Shown in pieces: positions 37,083-52,841 of a stretch of DNA of 64,000 nucleotides. Position 1 is the first letter of the stretch. Each line of letters starts with the position of its first letter. The stretch comes from Raillietiella orientalis. Taxonomy: Eukaryota. A model generated the notes under the pieces. The model saw nothing but the letters and a program-made list of their open reading frames with translations, made no database searches and was not told the DNA's origin. The translations under genes and the position numbers were made by a program. The stretch spans positions 6,386,001-6,450,000 of the forward strand of contig JAYWIR010000004.1 of NCBI GenBank assembly GCA_036172245.1, written 5' to 3'.

Positions 37083-37213
37083 TCGACTACCCCTTTGTTC
37101 CCGTTTCTCATTTTTTCGTTTCGTTTATTTCATCCGCTATTGACGATGGCTCTTGTTTCTATAAATTCTACGTGTTCGAAAGTGCTGCCTAATAAGCATG
37201 TGGTCTTAGGCGA

Positions 37214-37282
37214 ATTAAATCCAGCTTCTCTTTCTTACTCTATTAAAGACAGCACTTAATAAGTCCGACTGTATTTATTAAA
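37214..37282 (+). terminator. Candidate polyadenylation signals of the long MLP isoform
   Basis: Three ATTAAA hexamers (37214, 37242, 37277) lie 130-200 nt after the stop codon; the last is followed by GT-rich sequence. Confidence 0.5.
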
Positions 37283-40200
37283 GGCTGTTTGTATGAAAAC
37301 ACCACTTCAAGTGTGGCCGGCTTGAGGTTGAGCTGCCCTTATATTAGACGGTGTACAACGCTTCCGGAAGCATCGAATGTGGGAGCTTCTTACCTGACTC
37401 GGGAGCGTTCGAGACAGGGAGACCTCTTGCAGGAACTCCTTCGAGGTTGTTTCGTAAACGCCCACGGTTTGGGCCTCGCGTGCTCACGGTGCACGCGTCA
37501 GGAATGGCATCCTCTGCCGATTTCAGAGTGCGAAGAATTCTCTCCCAGGTGCGAAGGAAGCGGCAAGCCAGAGACTTCGGAATCTTCGAGGAAGGTTTCG
37601 CAGTCCAGTGCTCCCAATTCAGAGCATGGGAAAGCAACCACTTCCTTCGAGAAGGAAAAGATTGGGTTGTGTGCTTTCTCCTTCTGAACTCCAAAACATG
37701 TGCTTCCTAATAGGGGAAGGGGCGCATTTAGCAAAAACACAAGCATGCCGAAGACACCAGGCATGCTTTGCATCTCTCTCCGTCCCCAATTTGGCCACCA
37801 TGTTTGTGGACATTGCACTGCTGTTCGACTGCTACTAAGATTGCTCATTGCAATAACGTGCTTAAATTTTTCTCTATCCGTTCATGGAATACAAATCGGT
37901 TATGGCTTTGCTTTCGTTTGGCAAAGAAAATCTATAACTGAGAAGACGAATCAGATGTTCCGCTATCAGCTTGGAAACATTCTACAGATGGAGGAGCACC
38001 GACGTGTTTGAGACGCATATAAGATAGCTTAGCCTCTGCACCCATGTAAACGAAAACCAGTTCTTGCAGTTCTCCGTGCTGCATTCTTAATGAATAATTT
38101 GATTCTTTTTTCCTTCCTGAACGAAAGCCACAACACAGAGAAACTTGATCCACATTCATTGTGCCACACCCAATTGCAAACCCGTATTTTCTGAAGAATC
38201 AGTTTTTTTCACTAACACTGATCTGGGATTAATGAAACTCACTTGAAAGGAAGTAAGAAAGAGATCCTTATAATTTAGAAGATAGTCGAGAACTCTCGCT
38301 TCTGTAGGATCCCAAAGAGTCAATAGCGCAGTTTATGAAGGAAAAAAACACACACAACGAAATAGCAGGTCACTAGTTTCCGTACCTCAGCTTCTCGGAT
38401 CTGTCTCAATAAAGCACCACTGCGACTCCCAGGATCATCACATAACTCATGAAGAACCAGTACACGGATGCATCCTGATGGCCTCGTGTGGAATTGTCGA
38501 TAGGCGTTTCACTCTTTTCCTCTCGCTCTTCGAGCTTCAGAAGACACCAAGATCTCTAATCGCAAAGTTGATCTCAAAGTAGGAAGCGCCATTCTCATTT
38601 CACTGGTTTCACTGGCATTTTTGTTGGGAGATTTCTCGGAACATGTCCAGTGGTTGGAACCAAGGGATCCAGTCAAACTCTAGGATACCGTATTGAACTT
38701 GGATTCTCAAACTCAGTCATTGTATATTTGAACGCGTGCTTCAAGAAACTGGCTGGGGACACTTTGTTCGCAGTAGGTTCCATGCAGGCAGCGTGTCTCG
38801 TTCCATGTTCCAGCATCGCATCGCGTTACCTCTCCGTAGGAAGGAAGCTATCCAGATAGTGAGACGGGAAATCAGCTTCATTATCTATTAGATAATTAAC
38901 TGAAACAAACCTGCTGCCTTTATAGTTGTCGGCTATGTCTGTTACAAAGGGATTTCCTGTTCCCCACTGGACCTTGGTGGGCAAACAACGTGAAATCACT
39001 GAATGTATTTACCTGTATGTGCAAGATGTGGAGAAAGGATAAATCTTTGATTTCCAGGACTAGTTTTTTAGAGAAAGTGCATTCTCTCACATGTGTACAC
39101 ATGTTCGCTTATCCTAAAGAGGGAAAAGCGCACGCAAAACCTTTGGGGGTGATCTGGCGACTATTAAATCTGCAAACAAGGAGTTTTTCCGGAAGCGGAG
39201 GATCAGAGCTTCACTCTCTAGCAAATATGACTGTTGTGAGACCAGCTTATCATCATTTGTAGGAAAATAGGTTACAGATGACAGCAACGAGTTAAAAAGC
39301 TACATAGTAAGGTCTCAGTTACCATTATGCCTCAGGTGCAGGCGATTACGTATTCTTTCTTTAGTCAGGGCAATGCGCTGATTTTGAAACAGCTCAGTGT
39401 CATCTAAATGGGAGGGAAGAGAACGAAAAGAAACCTAGCTGCACACGGAAAGAGAAGTCAGCCATGAGGTGGCACGTGCACATATTTACGTATTTACTTG
39501 AAAATCAGGGATTTTAATGTGCGACGACTTTCCACGGAACATATGTTGCTCTTTTTTTCCTCTTTTTTTACTTCATTCTCCAGTTAAAGCCTACTTTCGT
39601 ATTCAAAAATATCCGTGTACTCCAAGCCGTTGATTGTAGAATACAGTCGTTATTCTCAGCGATGAAGTCCTGGAACAGTGTCTGCTCTCGACAAATTTCT
39701 CGAATGAACAAGAATAGGAAAAATCTTTCTGAAAGTTTTTCTGCGTTTGGATGCACATTCATTTAAACTCACGAAAACTACCTTAGGAGAATGAGAATGG
39801 CAAATGCACACTGCAATCCTTAGGGAGCATTTTTTTTTCCTGCTTAACTGATATGAATAGGAAAGAAAAAATTAATACATTCGACTGCCATCTAGAATTT
39901 TCTTCAGTCAATTCAGATCAGAATGTTTTGCTTTTTATAGAAACACTGCTTCACGATGTACTCCTCTTTACTTCATTAACTCTTCTTCGTATTACTTTGA
40001 CGGTTTGCTCATTAGGTAGTTCCCTTCATACCGCTTGTTTTTCCACGTGGATTTCTCCAGCTGCAAACGCGTCCACGTTCCTTGCTCGAGTGCTTGCTGC
40101 CATATTGAATCCTATAGCTGCCAGGCTCCCTTTCAGTGAGAAAGACTTGTTTGCTGAAGAAGCTGCTTTCAGCGATATCACTTCCGACTGCAAGAATTCT

Positions 40201-43200
40201 GCTGCAAACAGTGCTAAACACGTGAGCCACTGCACCGAAACCTACATTGCATTTGGTGCAATTGTGGCACAGCGTCCTGCTGCTCGAGTAACAGAAGTTT
40301 AGTCACATGAAGTGTGATAGGGTGTTCAAAACTTCCGTGTCTGAGAAAGTGGACTTGAAAAACAAAAAAAAAAAGTATTAGGGAATTTAGACACTAATGA
40401 AATTTGTATTATTCATCTTGTGATTATGTATTAAGAGGCATTATCATCTTCAGAAAGCAGGAAACATTTTCAAGTAGCACGTATGCCGTCAGTGCTCATC
40501 ATAATACCATTCTAATACTGTTACGCAAACATCAGAAGAACACGAAATTACTCTTCCATTTTTAAGTTATGCACAAGCAGAAAAAAAAAGAGAAAGAGAG
40601 AAAGGAAGATCCCTTTGCTGCTATTGCCATTATTCTGAGTTTGCAAAGTGCAATCAGAGATCACCTTTCTCTAATTGTTTCCAACTGAGAGTGTGATAAT
40701 TGCTCTACAAACTCATTTGAAAGAAGCTTGTACTAGCAGGATAATGGTACAGAACCCTAGAAGCAGCTTTCGAATTGAATTTCTTCATGCAAAAACTTCT
40801 TTGCTAAATCTATTGTTGTTGCCAAAGGTCTAGTTTTTCACTTGAATAATCAAATCGTCCCACTCTTTATTCGATAGAAGACTTGTTTGACCTGAGAGGT
40901 GCCATTTGAAAGTCTACGCATCTCCTCCTAAATGTTCAGCCATCCTCAGCTTGATGCATTTTTGCAATATGACGTACCGATGATCGTTGCCATTACAGCA
41001 CGGAAGACTGCTGTCTGAGTTTCTCTGAACATTTCTGAAATAACATCTCTGAAACTGCAGCAAATTTGGGAAACAGCTATTAATCCATTGAGTGCTATGG
41101 GCTCATATATGCGTTTGGCAAATGCTTTTACTTTATACTCGCGACATAAGTTAACAGCACTATCTATCTTTGGGGTGGACATACACACATTCTTATAATT
41201 CCCTTAGCAACGACAGTAAACAAAATTCTAGTTATATCGCTTGATGATTCTCGGTTTTTCAGATAGTCACTTCTCTGGAATACCATCATATTATAGTTGT
41301 GACGTGTGTAATTTATTATCCTGTACCATACCCAAATGTATGACTGGAACTATCATCATAATTTTTACATGGATAATATATTTTGGGAAAAATGGAAATA
41401 TTTTATTTAATGTGGTGTAAATAAACAATTACAATAGTACCTTTAGTCAGAACTCTTCGTAGTCAGTCGCTACCTCGATGGAGCAAGCGTTCCGTCCACA
41501 GAGATTTCCACTGAGGCTCACGTGTCGGCAATACAGAAGATTTCAATCTGATGAGGGGCTCCGCATCCCAAAGGGTTAATATAAATAAGTTATTTCAGGA
41601 ATTTTGCCTATTCATTTGAACAAAAGGCTACTGCAACAGGAAGGGATAAGGAATGCTGATCACAAGAAATAGTAGTAGATAAATAGTAGGCTTTCATCTC
41701 TGTGTTGGTTTTTGGCCATTTGCAACATCTTTGAAATTATTGGAAACAAATTCAAGCTTTCATCACAAAGGGCCGAATAGAATACAGTGATCGGCATGGA
41801 AACTACTCAGCGCCTTGTATCGGGTCTGTCGAGTCGAGTATCTTTTTGATTTTGATCTAGTATGTGTTCCTTAGAATCTAAAAATCTAAAAATTGATTTC
41901 CTTCAGAAAGACCATTTATTTCAGTCTCTCTTTTTAATACTGCGTTGTATCTTGGAGAACAGTGTTTTTTCTTTGCTTCAGGAAGAAGGTTAAAGTGCAA
42001 TTTCATGGTCTCCGATTCTGGAACAAACCGTAAAGTATGCACTCATCCGTTGCCGAAACTCTACACGCCTAAGGAAGCAACTCTGCAAAGCCTTTTTGAG
42101 AGGGATGACCAAGATGGGAAGGGAATTCCGTATCGATAGAGAGCCGCGACCGGTTTCTCTTGTCTTCCTGTTCCCAGCAGGTGAGCTGTGAGGTGAAAAT
42201 GTGATGTCCGATTTGGCAATCATGTGCGTTACATGGCCACATTTTGTTCCGTCGACCAACAAGATCGACACCCGTGAGCTGAGCCAGTGAGGCAGAGGAT
42301 GGCTGAGTTATCCATTAAAATTTTGCAACTCGACTGGTTCGAATCGTATCGAAAAGAGGTCCCCATCCAACGATCCTCAGTACCTCTGAACATTCAGAAA
42401 CGCTTTCTAGAGAAGTAAGGCATAATAAATATGTGTTTTTTTTTAATTATGGGATGAATCCGTAGGGAGAATATTTACATATACGTTTTCACCAGCTGGA
42501 TCCTAGGTGAACACATCCCCATTCAGTCTAAAGCAGCTAATCCGTGTTCCGGACTAAATGAATTGAAAGGTGCTTGTCTTCTAAAGATTGCTGCAATTTT
42601 CATTTGCCCTCATGTCCCGTCATACCTACACACAAAATGTGAATTTGAAGCCCTTAAAGTCCGCCGAAAAATGGTGTACACTCTACGCATTTGTTTATGC
42701 AACAAAAAACAGAAAAACAATCACATTTATACCAAGCCACATTTCCACGAAATACAAAACTGGTGGGTATCGATAAATCATCACTGGTACACTTCCTCCC
42801 TGTTTAAAATCACAGAGCCATGATTCCTATGTCTTTTGTTTTCTCGTTCCATCTCATTTTGTTTTCATCCCGCCGAAGCCATACCAGTAAACTTTCATGA
42901 TCCTACTGTTGTATTCAATTCAGGTATCCAATCCAGAGTAGGGTCCTCAATCTCTTCTAGCTACATCCTTTCTACTGAGTTTCAGAGCATATTGGACTCT
43001 GAATCCGTTCTTCATTCTGCAACCTTTCGGAAGTTTTATAAGTCGTCCGCCTATTCAAAAATACGAATGTTGAATTTTGATCAAGATAACTGTCCTCTGC
43101 GCCATCACTGCTCAGAATCATTCCATGCAGCAAATGAACCAATTGTCATAGACTTCTCTGGGTTTAATGTGCAGAAAGACTGAATGAATCCAGTTAGACG

Positions 43201-46200
43201 AACAACTTGTTCTCACTAGGAGTTGATCTTCAAATCCCCTGCGGTTCGGTATTTTTGTTCTTAAGGAAAGCCCTCGCCATGACATGATTTCATTTATAAT
43301 TGTAGCGAGCACATCAGATTTCGGTGTATTCAGAAAATGCATGGAAGCACTTTGTGGGAAGGTCCGAACGAACGATGGTCCCTCTGTTGGCCGTCTTGTT
43401 TTATGGAAGGCAGGATATTTGGGATAGACGCGAGCTTCCGTGATAAGGAAACTTCGAAACTTTGGGGACTTCAATTCCGAGTGGTTTCGCGTTTTGTCTT
43501 GTCTTTTTTTTTTTTGCCTTTCTGAATTCTCATCTGCTTTTCAGATCGTTTTGTTCAGATGCTGAAGAATTGGGATGGGTGTTTTGGATCAGCATCAGAA
43601 TCCCATATAGACAAAATTTGGTGCTTTCATGGGAAGGGAACTGACGGCGTCCACTTCGCTGCGTATCGCACGCTGAAATAGAGGGAGGAAAAATCATAAG
43701 TAGGAACAACTGAACCATAAACTGGGCAATCTCCCATGCTCTTTTGTAAGCCGTTGTACTGGGCATCTTTTGCTGAGAGAGGTGAATCAGCGGTTCTGAC
43801 ACCTGTCTGTCGATGGGCAGTCCACTCAGAGCGAGAAATTCGGAATCATTTTACAGATAAGGATGACAGTTCTTCTTCTTAGCCCATCGGTTTAAAACAA
43901 CTGTACAGTGACCGGAAGAAATAGTGCGTGGTCCACTTTAGAAAAAAAAAATGTTTTGCTTTCGTTTGGTTTCATGTGACCATGGAAACATTTTGTTTCC
44001 ACGGCTGTAGCTTCCTGTGTAATGTATTCTGCTTTCTTCATTGGCAGCTACCCCTTTTCAATTCCTTTGCGATGCCTCAGGGTTTCCTATGCAGGTTCAG
44101 GATGCCCTAAAATGCTTCTGATGGAAATTCAGTGCTCAAACCTCTTTCTCTTAATATGTCATCACGATTTTCCAGTTTCGAGATTAAGCCTTCTACTAAA
44201 TCCACCTGCACGACGCGGGTTGATGGGTTCCCTCTACCGTTCTCATTAAACTCTGCCCGTGCATCCAACAGAGTTCAATCCAAGTGAGCGCAGTTGCAAG
44301 AGCCCATTTCACATAGACACGTACCAATAAGACGAACAGGAAAAGAGCTCTAAACACACTAATCAAAGTGAGCAACTAGAAGCGTCTAACAAGTTCGCAG
44401 ACACTGCTCCCTATTCTTGCAAAATGAACCGAGCGGCTGAAATTTCGGAGACAAATAAACCGGAGCTCGATCTCGTCGATGAGAGCCTTTTGATTTACTG
44501 CGAGAACCGTAAATTCATATTTTCATTAGAATGATCCCATCAAGGTTCCAGACTACATGCTCCCTCATCACCGTTTTATTACTTTGTGTCTTCGGCTTTT
44601 TATGGTCCCGGATGCATCCCCAAGACGAAGAATCTCAGAATCCCATAATTCTGGAAAAACTTTCGGTGTTAAGACTTATGCCGAAGGATGGAAATCATTC
44701 AACTATTCCATAAACGTGAATCTGTAATCATGCAAGGAGCTTGGAGAATTAAGCAAAACTTCTCGGCACAGTGGTCTCCGAGCATGAAAAGCTGCTTGCC
44801 AGGAGAACACCTGGTTTCGTTTGAATCTGAAGGAGACCCTGATTGAAATGGCGTGGGCGGATTGGAGTTTCTGGCTCGAGGGAACATGCCGTGCCTGACA
44901 GTCAGATCTGTTCTAAGAAAGAATCGAAGTGTCCCTTTGCGTGTGGTCAAAACATGCCGATTACTCTTTGGAGTAAAACAGCTGCAGATCCTTCAAAGTA
45001 TTCCTGTAATGTCAAAAAAAGTGTAGAGGCAAAGAAGATAACTTTGGAAAACGAGTAGGACTTTCAGCTTCTTCGGCTACTACACATTTCGAAATAACAA
45101 GTCAAAGATCTGCCAGGATCCAGTGCCTCTGAGGTATGGCACGCATCCAAACCTCGGCAAATATCGAAAAGAAGAAAGATGGAACTCCTAAAAAATAAAA
45201 TAAAAAAGCAGCTTCAGTAATTTGGCTGGATATTCAACTACAAAGTGAACTATTTTCACCAGTCCTTCAAAATGTACAACACTGTAATGTATTCTTCCGG
45301 ATATCAATGTCGATATGGTGGTCCCTGTGTCTGAATCACGGTTCTTCTGCCTGAGACCACCTCAACTGTTTTTCTTGGTCATCAGAGAGAGAGCCAAAAA
45401 ATTCATAAAGTCGAAGGAATCGCTAGATGGGACGACAGGACGTAGCGACAAACACATTGGCAATCATCCAGGAAGCCTGTCAGTCACTTCACATCTGGCT
45501 TCAGCAAGCAGAACGGATGGTGATCATAACGGAAACTCCAAGTTGCACAGCAGAAAACCAAAGTTATCCCTGTAATTGCAGATTTCTAGAGTCTGCTTAA
45601 CATGCAGACTGCAGTCAACTTGCAGATGCCACTCCTCTCGGAAAGTGGCATTTGCAAAAGCACCACATACAACTGGCTATCGTGACAAGGGGATTTTTGA
45701 AGGAGGAATAAGACTGGGCTTTAAGAGTAAACTTTTCCGTTCCATTATCTCTAGTCGTTTGTTCCCGCCTCGGAACATGTAGTTTAGATCACTGACTTTC
45801 ATTTTTCTTTTGGGAGTTTGACGCTTCTGGGAGATTAGTGCAGAAATCACAGGACCTGCATTCCCCCGTCCCTGGCAGCTAGCTCGCCTTAGGAACGGGT
45901 TTCTCTGCCAACTGAATTCATCTGAAACGGAATCTTTGAAATCAGTTCGCAGTAAAATAGAAAAGGATATGTGTATGAATTGACAAAGAAAGAATCGAGG
46001 GAGGGAATCTTCAGTATCCATGATCGGCGACCTAAACATAAGACGTCCAATGGCTGTCCGTCGAGTCTCTATTCTGTTTTACCTTTCATTGCCCTCGATG
46101 TGTTCTTCTTCCAAATCTTTATGGGGCATAACCTCCATAGTGGTTTGCGGTTTCAAGATTTAGGAAGTCTCCGGAGACCTCTTCTCAAAAGCTCTTGGTC

Positions 46201-49200
46201 CGGCTAACCAACCTTATGCTCTCTTACTTGCGGTACTTGCTCTTTCTATTTATTTGTTTCACATACTAGTCGCTTCAGACTCCACGGTCATCAGGTACAT
46301 TAGTGATGTGAAAAGGTTAGTAACATTCGATTCGAAAATATCTCATTTAGCTGAATTCTCCTTGGCAGAATTCCGCACTTTACGAAAGAACGAACTGCAG
46401 TTACCGATTTTTTTCAGTCTGTTCTCTCGATTTCAAGAACAAGGATAATTTCTGGATTTCATGCCTGTTTGCTTTCAATACATCTAGCGAGCTTTGGATC
46501 TCTGTCGACAACCACTGTCATATTTGACGGTGAGTGTCAACAAATGAAGAATCGATACAAATGAAGTTGTGACAGCGCAGTGCAGACAATGAAAGATAAA
46601 AAATGGAAAATTGAAAACGAAATGTTCGACGGAGCAAAACGAGCAGCAGACAGCAGTTTCGAACAAGTGGGTTTAACACATCTTATGCAATTTCTGTTTT
46701 TTCTGACATGCTGCTTTGTTGATAATATTCAAGATGGAGATTGTAGTTGTTAACATGATAGCATGTATTTATTCATACATAAACACTACTACATATATCT
46801 TTATATGTATATATATATATATCCAAATTTCTATTCATAGTATTGTTACCTGTGGGTATTTGTTACTTGGGTATTTGGCTTTACATACTATTTACTTGTA
46901 ATAATGCTAAGTGTAGAAATTACGATTTTTACATATATGTATATGTATGCATGCATGCATGTAGCGCATGTGTTGCATTGAAATGAACCAGCACACCTAT
47001 ATGCTGAAGTTTTTGTTTTTGCTGTATTTTCTCCTCTTCTTCATGTATTTCATTAATCTGCATTGGATTCCATCGCAGTTTCTATCCATTGCATTTCTCT
47101 GAAAAGCCTTCCTTTAGGAGAATGTGAGCTTAGGCAACTCACATGTCTGCAAAGAGATGCTGATGGAAGCAATGAATGAGAAACCATACGAAGATAGTCT
47201 AATGGATGCTGCATACGATAGTTGGAATGAGTCTAGGAAACCTGTAAAATGTAAAACTTAATATCAAAGTATTAGTGAATTAAATTCAAGATTGTTCAAA
47301 AGCACTCGAGACGTAGAGGGAAAGTTGAACACTGTAGTATTCAATATTCGAGTTTGACATAGCATAAAGGTTTATCTAAGTTAAAAATGGATATTGGTAT
47401 CCACTGTATGACATAGTTGTATTGGATCGTTTAATTCTTCAATTAATTACATTGCATTTTATAGAACATTCGTGATTTTGCCTTAGAAAAACAAATTCAA
47501 GTATATTTTGGGTTATAAATATGTTTAAAACTTGGAAATGTAAATGTGAGATGGAACGAATGACCACCTCTTCCAGATAGACGTCCTATCCACTCAAGTG
47601 TCTGGCTTTAGACCAAAGTCCGTCTACACTGAAAAGATGTTAGAATTTTCATTCATAAGATTCTACCGTACCCGAAATTGTGGAGGAAGCCACATGAAGG
47701 TCCTTTGACTTTGATATACTATTCCTTGCATCAGCACTTCTATTTCTCGGTTTAGGACCTCTGCAACTTTTCCTTTTGCTCCATTCAAAAGATGAAGATG
47801 ACGGATAAGACGAGTACTTGTAAAAAGCGATCCTCTCAATTATTCCCAGTTTTCTGATCATCTCCGCCACTCTAAACAGCGTTCAAAGCAGTGTCACTAG
47901 CTTTATTTCCATTTTATCTACTATAACAAAGCGCATGATCATGTTTTATGTTACTATAAAACACCAGTCCGATAGCTACTTTCCTCTAAATTGTTTTTTA
48001 TTACTCCTTTAATGAATTCGATTTGCTTTTGACAAACTCCATAATGTTCCTCCATTTAACCTTTGCGGCTTTCTCAGATCACATGTAGGCATTCGCTTTA
48101 AAGTCACGCAGGTCACTGTATTCTCCCGAAAAAGAGCAAGTTTTGGATTAAAGCAAAACTTTGCTCAAGCTTCTGCAACGCACTGTGTCTGTCGATTGAG
48201 GATAGAATGTCTAGAGATCAAATGTCTGGTGCTTTGGGTTGCACACTGTCTTCTTGCAGGACAATTCCAGAGCTTAGCTTGCCAGTTTTGAAGCTTCACA
48301 TTCGACTAATTCGTTCTCTTAAAATGACACTTTCGCAATCACGGAGCGCTGATGTTTGTGAGAGTAGCGTCTTAAATGCTGCTAGCGGTTTCTGTCTTTA
48401 ACAGATTAGTCACATGAGCAGCGCAAGTAATCTTTGCGAAGAACTACATTTCAAAGTTTGCAAGTCCGTCTTACGAAATCCCACACTTTCATCATCACAT
48501 CACTCCTTATCAATATCTAGAAGGAAAGCTTCCTTGTAATTATGAATGGACGATAAAAGGAAGCGAATACCTTTGTTAATGTCCGATTTCCGAAATCGGT
48601 GTTTTCTTCGAAACTGTCAAAGACTGGCGTTGGTGAGAAGAAAATATCCTTCCTCCCTGTGTAGCTGTAATCAAAAGCGGTAACCACGCTTGTGCGAAAT
48701 CGTGGCACATTTATCATAATTTCACATTCATTTTTGTATAACAGCATTCCTGCTCTTTGATCCCAAAATGATGCTGGCGATGCCTATCTTTTTGTGCATG
48801 CACAAAAAGACAGGCACTGCCTTACGCATGCTCACATAAACATCCTCTGAAAGCGCATATACTTCATCACCAAAAGAAAGCTTATGGCGCAGAAGCTTGC
48901 AATACAGCACATGTCCCTGAGGCACATAACGGATAGAGACCAGTTGCACTTTTATCTCAATTAATGATTTTCTTTCTCATCTTAATCAAACCTTCGTCTT
49001 TGATTATCTTGATGCTTACCTACTTTTTCATCGGTTAGGTATTCAACCAGTTGGGGAATCGAGAAGGATCGAGATCTGGAAAATCTATCCAAAAGAGCAG
49101 CTTCCTTTCCTAGAATTAAACGGGGAGCAGCATTTGGAAAACTCAAACTGCTCACGATGCCTCTTCGACAATCATTTTGAGCTCGAAAGTGTGATCTGCT

Positions 49201-52200
49201 TTTGTTAATGTTGAATTTCTGTCTTGGGAGAATTCCTTCATTCCTGCTTGTATCTTCACGGAGGCACTTTGGAAGTGAGGAAATTTTTACGCACTTGCAC
49301 CATGGATACGCACGAGTCGCAGGTTTTCTCAACGTGCCCTTCAGAATCTAAAATCATTTCTCTTGTCATCTTTGTACTGTTGTTTATGACTTAGTTGGAA
49401 TGCATTGGAAGAAGAATCAGTTACACAGAAAGCTCATAGTCTCAGTAAACTGCACAGATGTTAAAAAAGAAAGAAGAAAAAAAAAAGGCACTCTTGTGGC
49501 ACAGCCTTGCATTGCACTCCTGAGGAGCTGCACTTTTGCATGGAGCGCGCTTCATGTCCTTGAACACGAGATAGAAAAGAATGAAAACTGACTCATGTCT
49601 TGTGCTTTTCGAATGGTGAGAAGGGATATCAGGAAATGAGTGGTCTGCTTGGAATGTGCAGTGGTCACTGACGACCCTCGAAGTGCTGTTCCGTGCCATA
49701 AAGTTCATACGTAAGGCGCCCATCCTGATCTCACAGATTCTTTGCCCAGAGAAGCGCCACCTATAGAGAGGAGATTTTGGAAGAAACACGCTACAATATG
49801 TTTACCAATTCTCAAAGGGAGAGACTCAAAGGAGACTTGGTGAGCGTGAGACCGAACTCTTCTTACCCTTTTGTAATTTCGTTTTTGTTGCTGGTGATAA
49901 GTCCAAGTATCTTTCTGGGGCGTTTGCCGACAGGCTGGCGAAGGACTTTTTGCTCCCTATGGCCAATGGCGGAAGAGATCTGTCTGGAGATCTTGAAGTC
50001 TGGAGGAGATCTCTTGTAAGATCCACTCTCTGGATCGCAGTAAAAAAAAAAAAAAAGGATGTAATTAGGAACTATTGACAAGATTTGAAATGTGTATCTC
50101 TTGTTGTCTGACGGAAAAAGTTCATATAGAACTTGCGCAGAGCACGACAATCACGTGAGCGATTCCGGGATGTCGCTCCTTCACTGGTTTGGGCTGATAT
50201 GAACCGGTCTACTTTCCCTATGTTGCATTCCAGTGTGGATGTTTAACCACCTCCAGAAACGGTGGTCTCAGATGGCTCTTCATTTCCAAGAGTCTCAGTG
50301 AGTGGTGCCAAAACGCATGCCATGGATGAGTTTTGCGGCTCCTGGATTTTCACAGCGTGAAAACAGAACAGTTTCTTCTCAATGAATCCAAGAGCTTCCA
50401 TAACCAGTACGATTCAGTGGTATGAAGAAAGGGAGAGAGGGGGAGAGAAAATGTGCATACAAGAGTAGCTCCAAATTGCTTCCTTAAGAAGCAAGGGCAT
50501 CTCCAGAAATAATTCGAGCTTCTTTCTCAGCCTTCCGTGAACCGCGGAACTTCTGATGAAGGCATGTGTCCAACTATGCATCCTTACATAGGTCTCTAGG
50601 ATTGAGCTGTAACGCTTCTCACATACGGTTCATTTCATTCACTATTAGGGTATGTTAGAAGGAGGAGAGAGGAGGGGGATTTTCAAGATATTCGAAGGGA
50701 ATTTCAAGATGATCGCATTCCTCTCTTCTGGAAAGAAAATCACTCCCTCTTTGGTTTCTCTCTTCTTAGCAACACTGAGTTTTCGAGTCCACTAGCATTT
50801 CTTTTTCTTTTTTATTGAGGAGGGAGTCACTGGAATTCTTTTAGCCAGCTTAGTTAGCAAATGACAACGAAACGGAATTAAAAAAAGAAAATGCCGTCTG
50901 ATTCTGTCACTTTCAGATCGATTGTCACATACTTTTTGAAACCAGCACACCATCTTGACCTGTTGTTGCTGAGCACATACCTCTATATTCTACTGTCTAG
51001 ATGGAGAAACACGGCTTACATCGCACAGATCGAAGCCCCGACTCTCTTCATCTAAGTTCTTAAAGTGTCAAGAAAAATACCTCACCCATCGCTTCAAAAG
51101 CTGGTTTCCAATTTTAGCACCCGAGGGTGAGTTTTTTCCTTCCCTACTTTCTTCCTCGCATGTGGAAAGCCACTTCTCACGTAAAAACTTCTGGATTGGA
51201 CTTCCTCGTAGACGATGAAAACGAAAGGTGATGGCGTTCCAGAGTGAAGACTTTCTGCTCCATGTTAGTAGCTAAATCTACTACTTTTGACATGGAAGGA
51301 AGGAATGGACCGGTTGCTGACAACGAGCAGGTAGACACGATACCAAGAGTTGCTTCTTGATCCCGTGTTGCGGAGGAAAAGACAAACGAATTTGTGGGAG
51401 ACAGTGACGGAATCGAGATTTGAGTGGACGAGGGAGGTTCCCTGAAATCCCTGACCAGGAACCAGGAAAACAGCTCCCGAGGGCGCAAGATTTCGAAGAT
51501 TCAGAAGCAGTTCGTCTTGAAGTCCTGGAATAAAGGGAGGCTGGAGACCCCAAGAAAGACTCGAACCGAGAAAACAGCAGCATCCCTTCTTCCTCAAGCA
51601 CTCCACTGCTTTGAATTCGAAGCATTCGAATCGGAAGATGAAGGATTAGAATTCGAAGGGCTAGATCTGCTAGTAAACCCTGCTCCTTTGTCCTCACTCA
51701 GAGATCATTCAAAAGCCAAAGGCGCCATCAGATCGGAAGCACGTCTTCCGTGATGAATAGGCGAGCTGCTTTCGTGGCGGCACGATTCCGGGTAAGTTTG
51801 CCTTTGTGGACTACACCATGGAAGACTCCTTAATTCCCTGAATTTATAGTCGTCATGGAATTTACGTTCTCTAAGGGAATCCATCCGATTCTGGCCATCT
51901 CGCATCCTGCGCTCGTTCCCGACAGGCATGGACGCGGGAAAGCCGCGGGACACCTCGCGTATTTGCAACGCGATATTTCCCGACCAGGCACTTCGTTTCG
52001 TCCACCGGCAACAACCAGAAGTGTCGAAGCGACGCTCCAGGCAATCACCCTTCCTTCCCCGCGACCGTCGGTGTGGTCCCCAGACGCAATGCCATCGGCG
52101 AGCAGCGAGCTCCCTCTCAGCAGCCCTGCTGCTCCCACTCATCGATCCCGCGCAAATCTGAGTCCTATTGGCCGGGGTCGTGATATCCCATGTGAGGAGG

Positions 52201-52841
52201 ACTAGGGTTGCCAGCTATGTGATCTCTTCCGAGTGGAGCTAGGTCCGCACTCGCTCCGTTCATCCCCATATCTCCATGACCGTTCGCGGCTGGACCTAAA
52301 GGAGACCCTCAACGTCACCGGTAGGCAGATTGGAAGCCTTCGTGATTTTGTAGACAAGCATTTTGTCCGCTGCTCGAGGAACTGCTGAGGGTAATGAATT
52401 AATTGGCTCGCCCAGCCTAAGAAGCAGCTCGAGGTTTACAGCCCTTATAATCCGGCAGTCAGCTGTTTTCCCCAGACGTCCTCTCTACGTTGTTGCACGG
52501 CTGTTTACGTCAGATCTTGGGAGGAACATTCCAGGGTAGACACAAACCACGTTCGCACGCGTGCGTGCAGCTGCGCCGCAGCTCGCATTCCATGGGAGTC
52601 GAATGGATCTCTTTTTGAAAACATTCGTTCTAGACGTCGTCCACCTACCCTTGCGTTTCCTGGCCTTTTTCTGAGGGGCGAACAACAGTCCATGAATCTT
52701 GCCATCGACTTTTTTTTTTTTTTTTTTCCCGAAATCGATGTTGCTAGGGTTTCGATCTCAAGACGTTGATTAATGTAATCTCGGGAATTCCATCGTTTGT
52801 CTAGCAATTCGCATTAACGATTCCAACATTCATCATCGATG

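Noticed and set aside
39853..40302. 149-aa + ORF and overlapping minus ORFs
   Set aside because: No recognisable domain, and the strand and frame are ambiguous. A minus-strand exon is possible but cannot be supported without expression data.
42290..42350. tRNA-like A box, TTGCAA and GGTTCGAATC B box
   Set aside because: Acceptor, anticodon and T stems do not pair, so there is no cloverleaf.
51177..52142. Minus-strand frame punctuated only by TGA stops (51705, 51594, 51501, 51177), suggesting selenocysteine or read-through
   Set aside because: The overlapping + frame is likewise broken by TGAs. The peptide has no selenoprotein-like motif and I could not identify a SECIS element, so chance or decayed sequence is more parsimonious.
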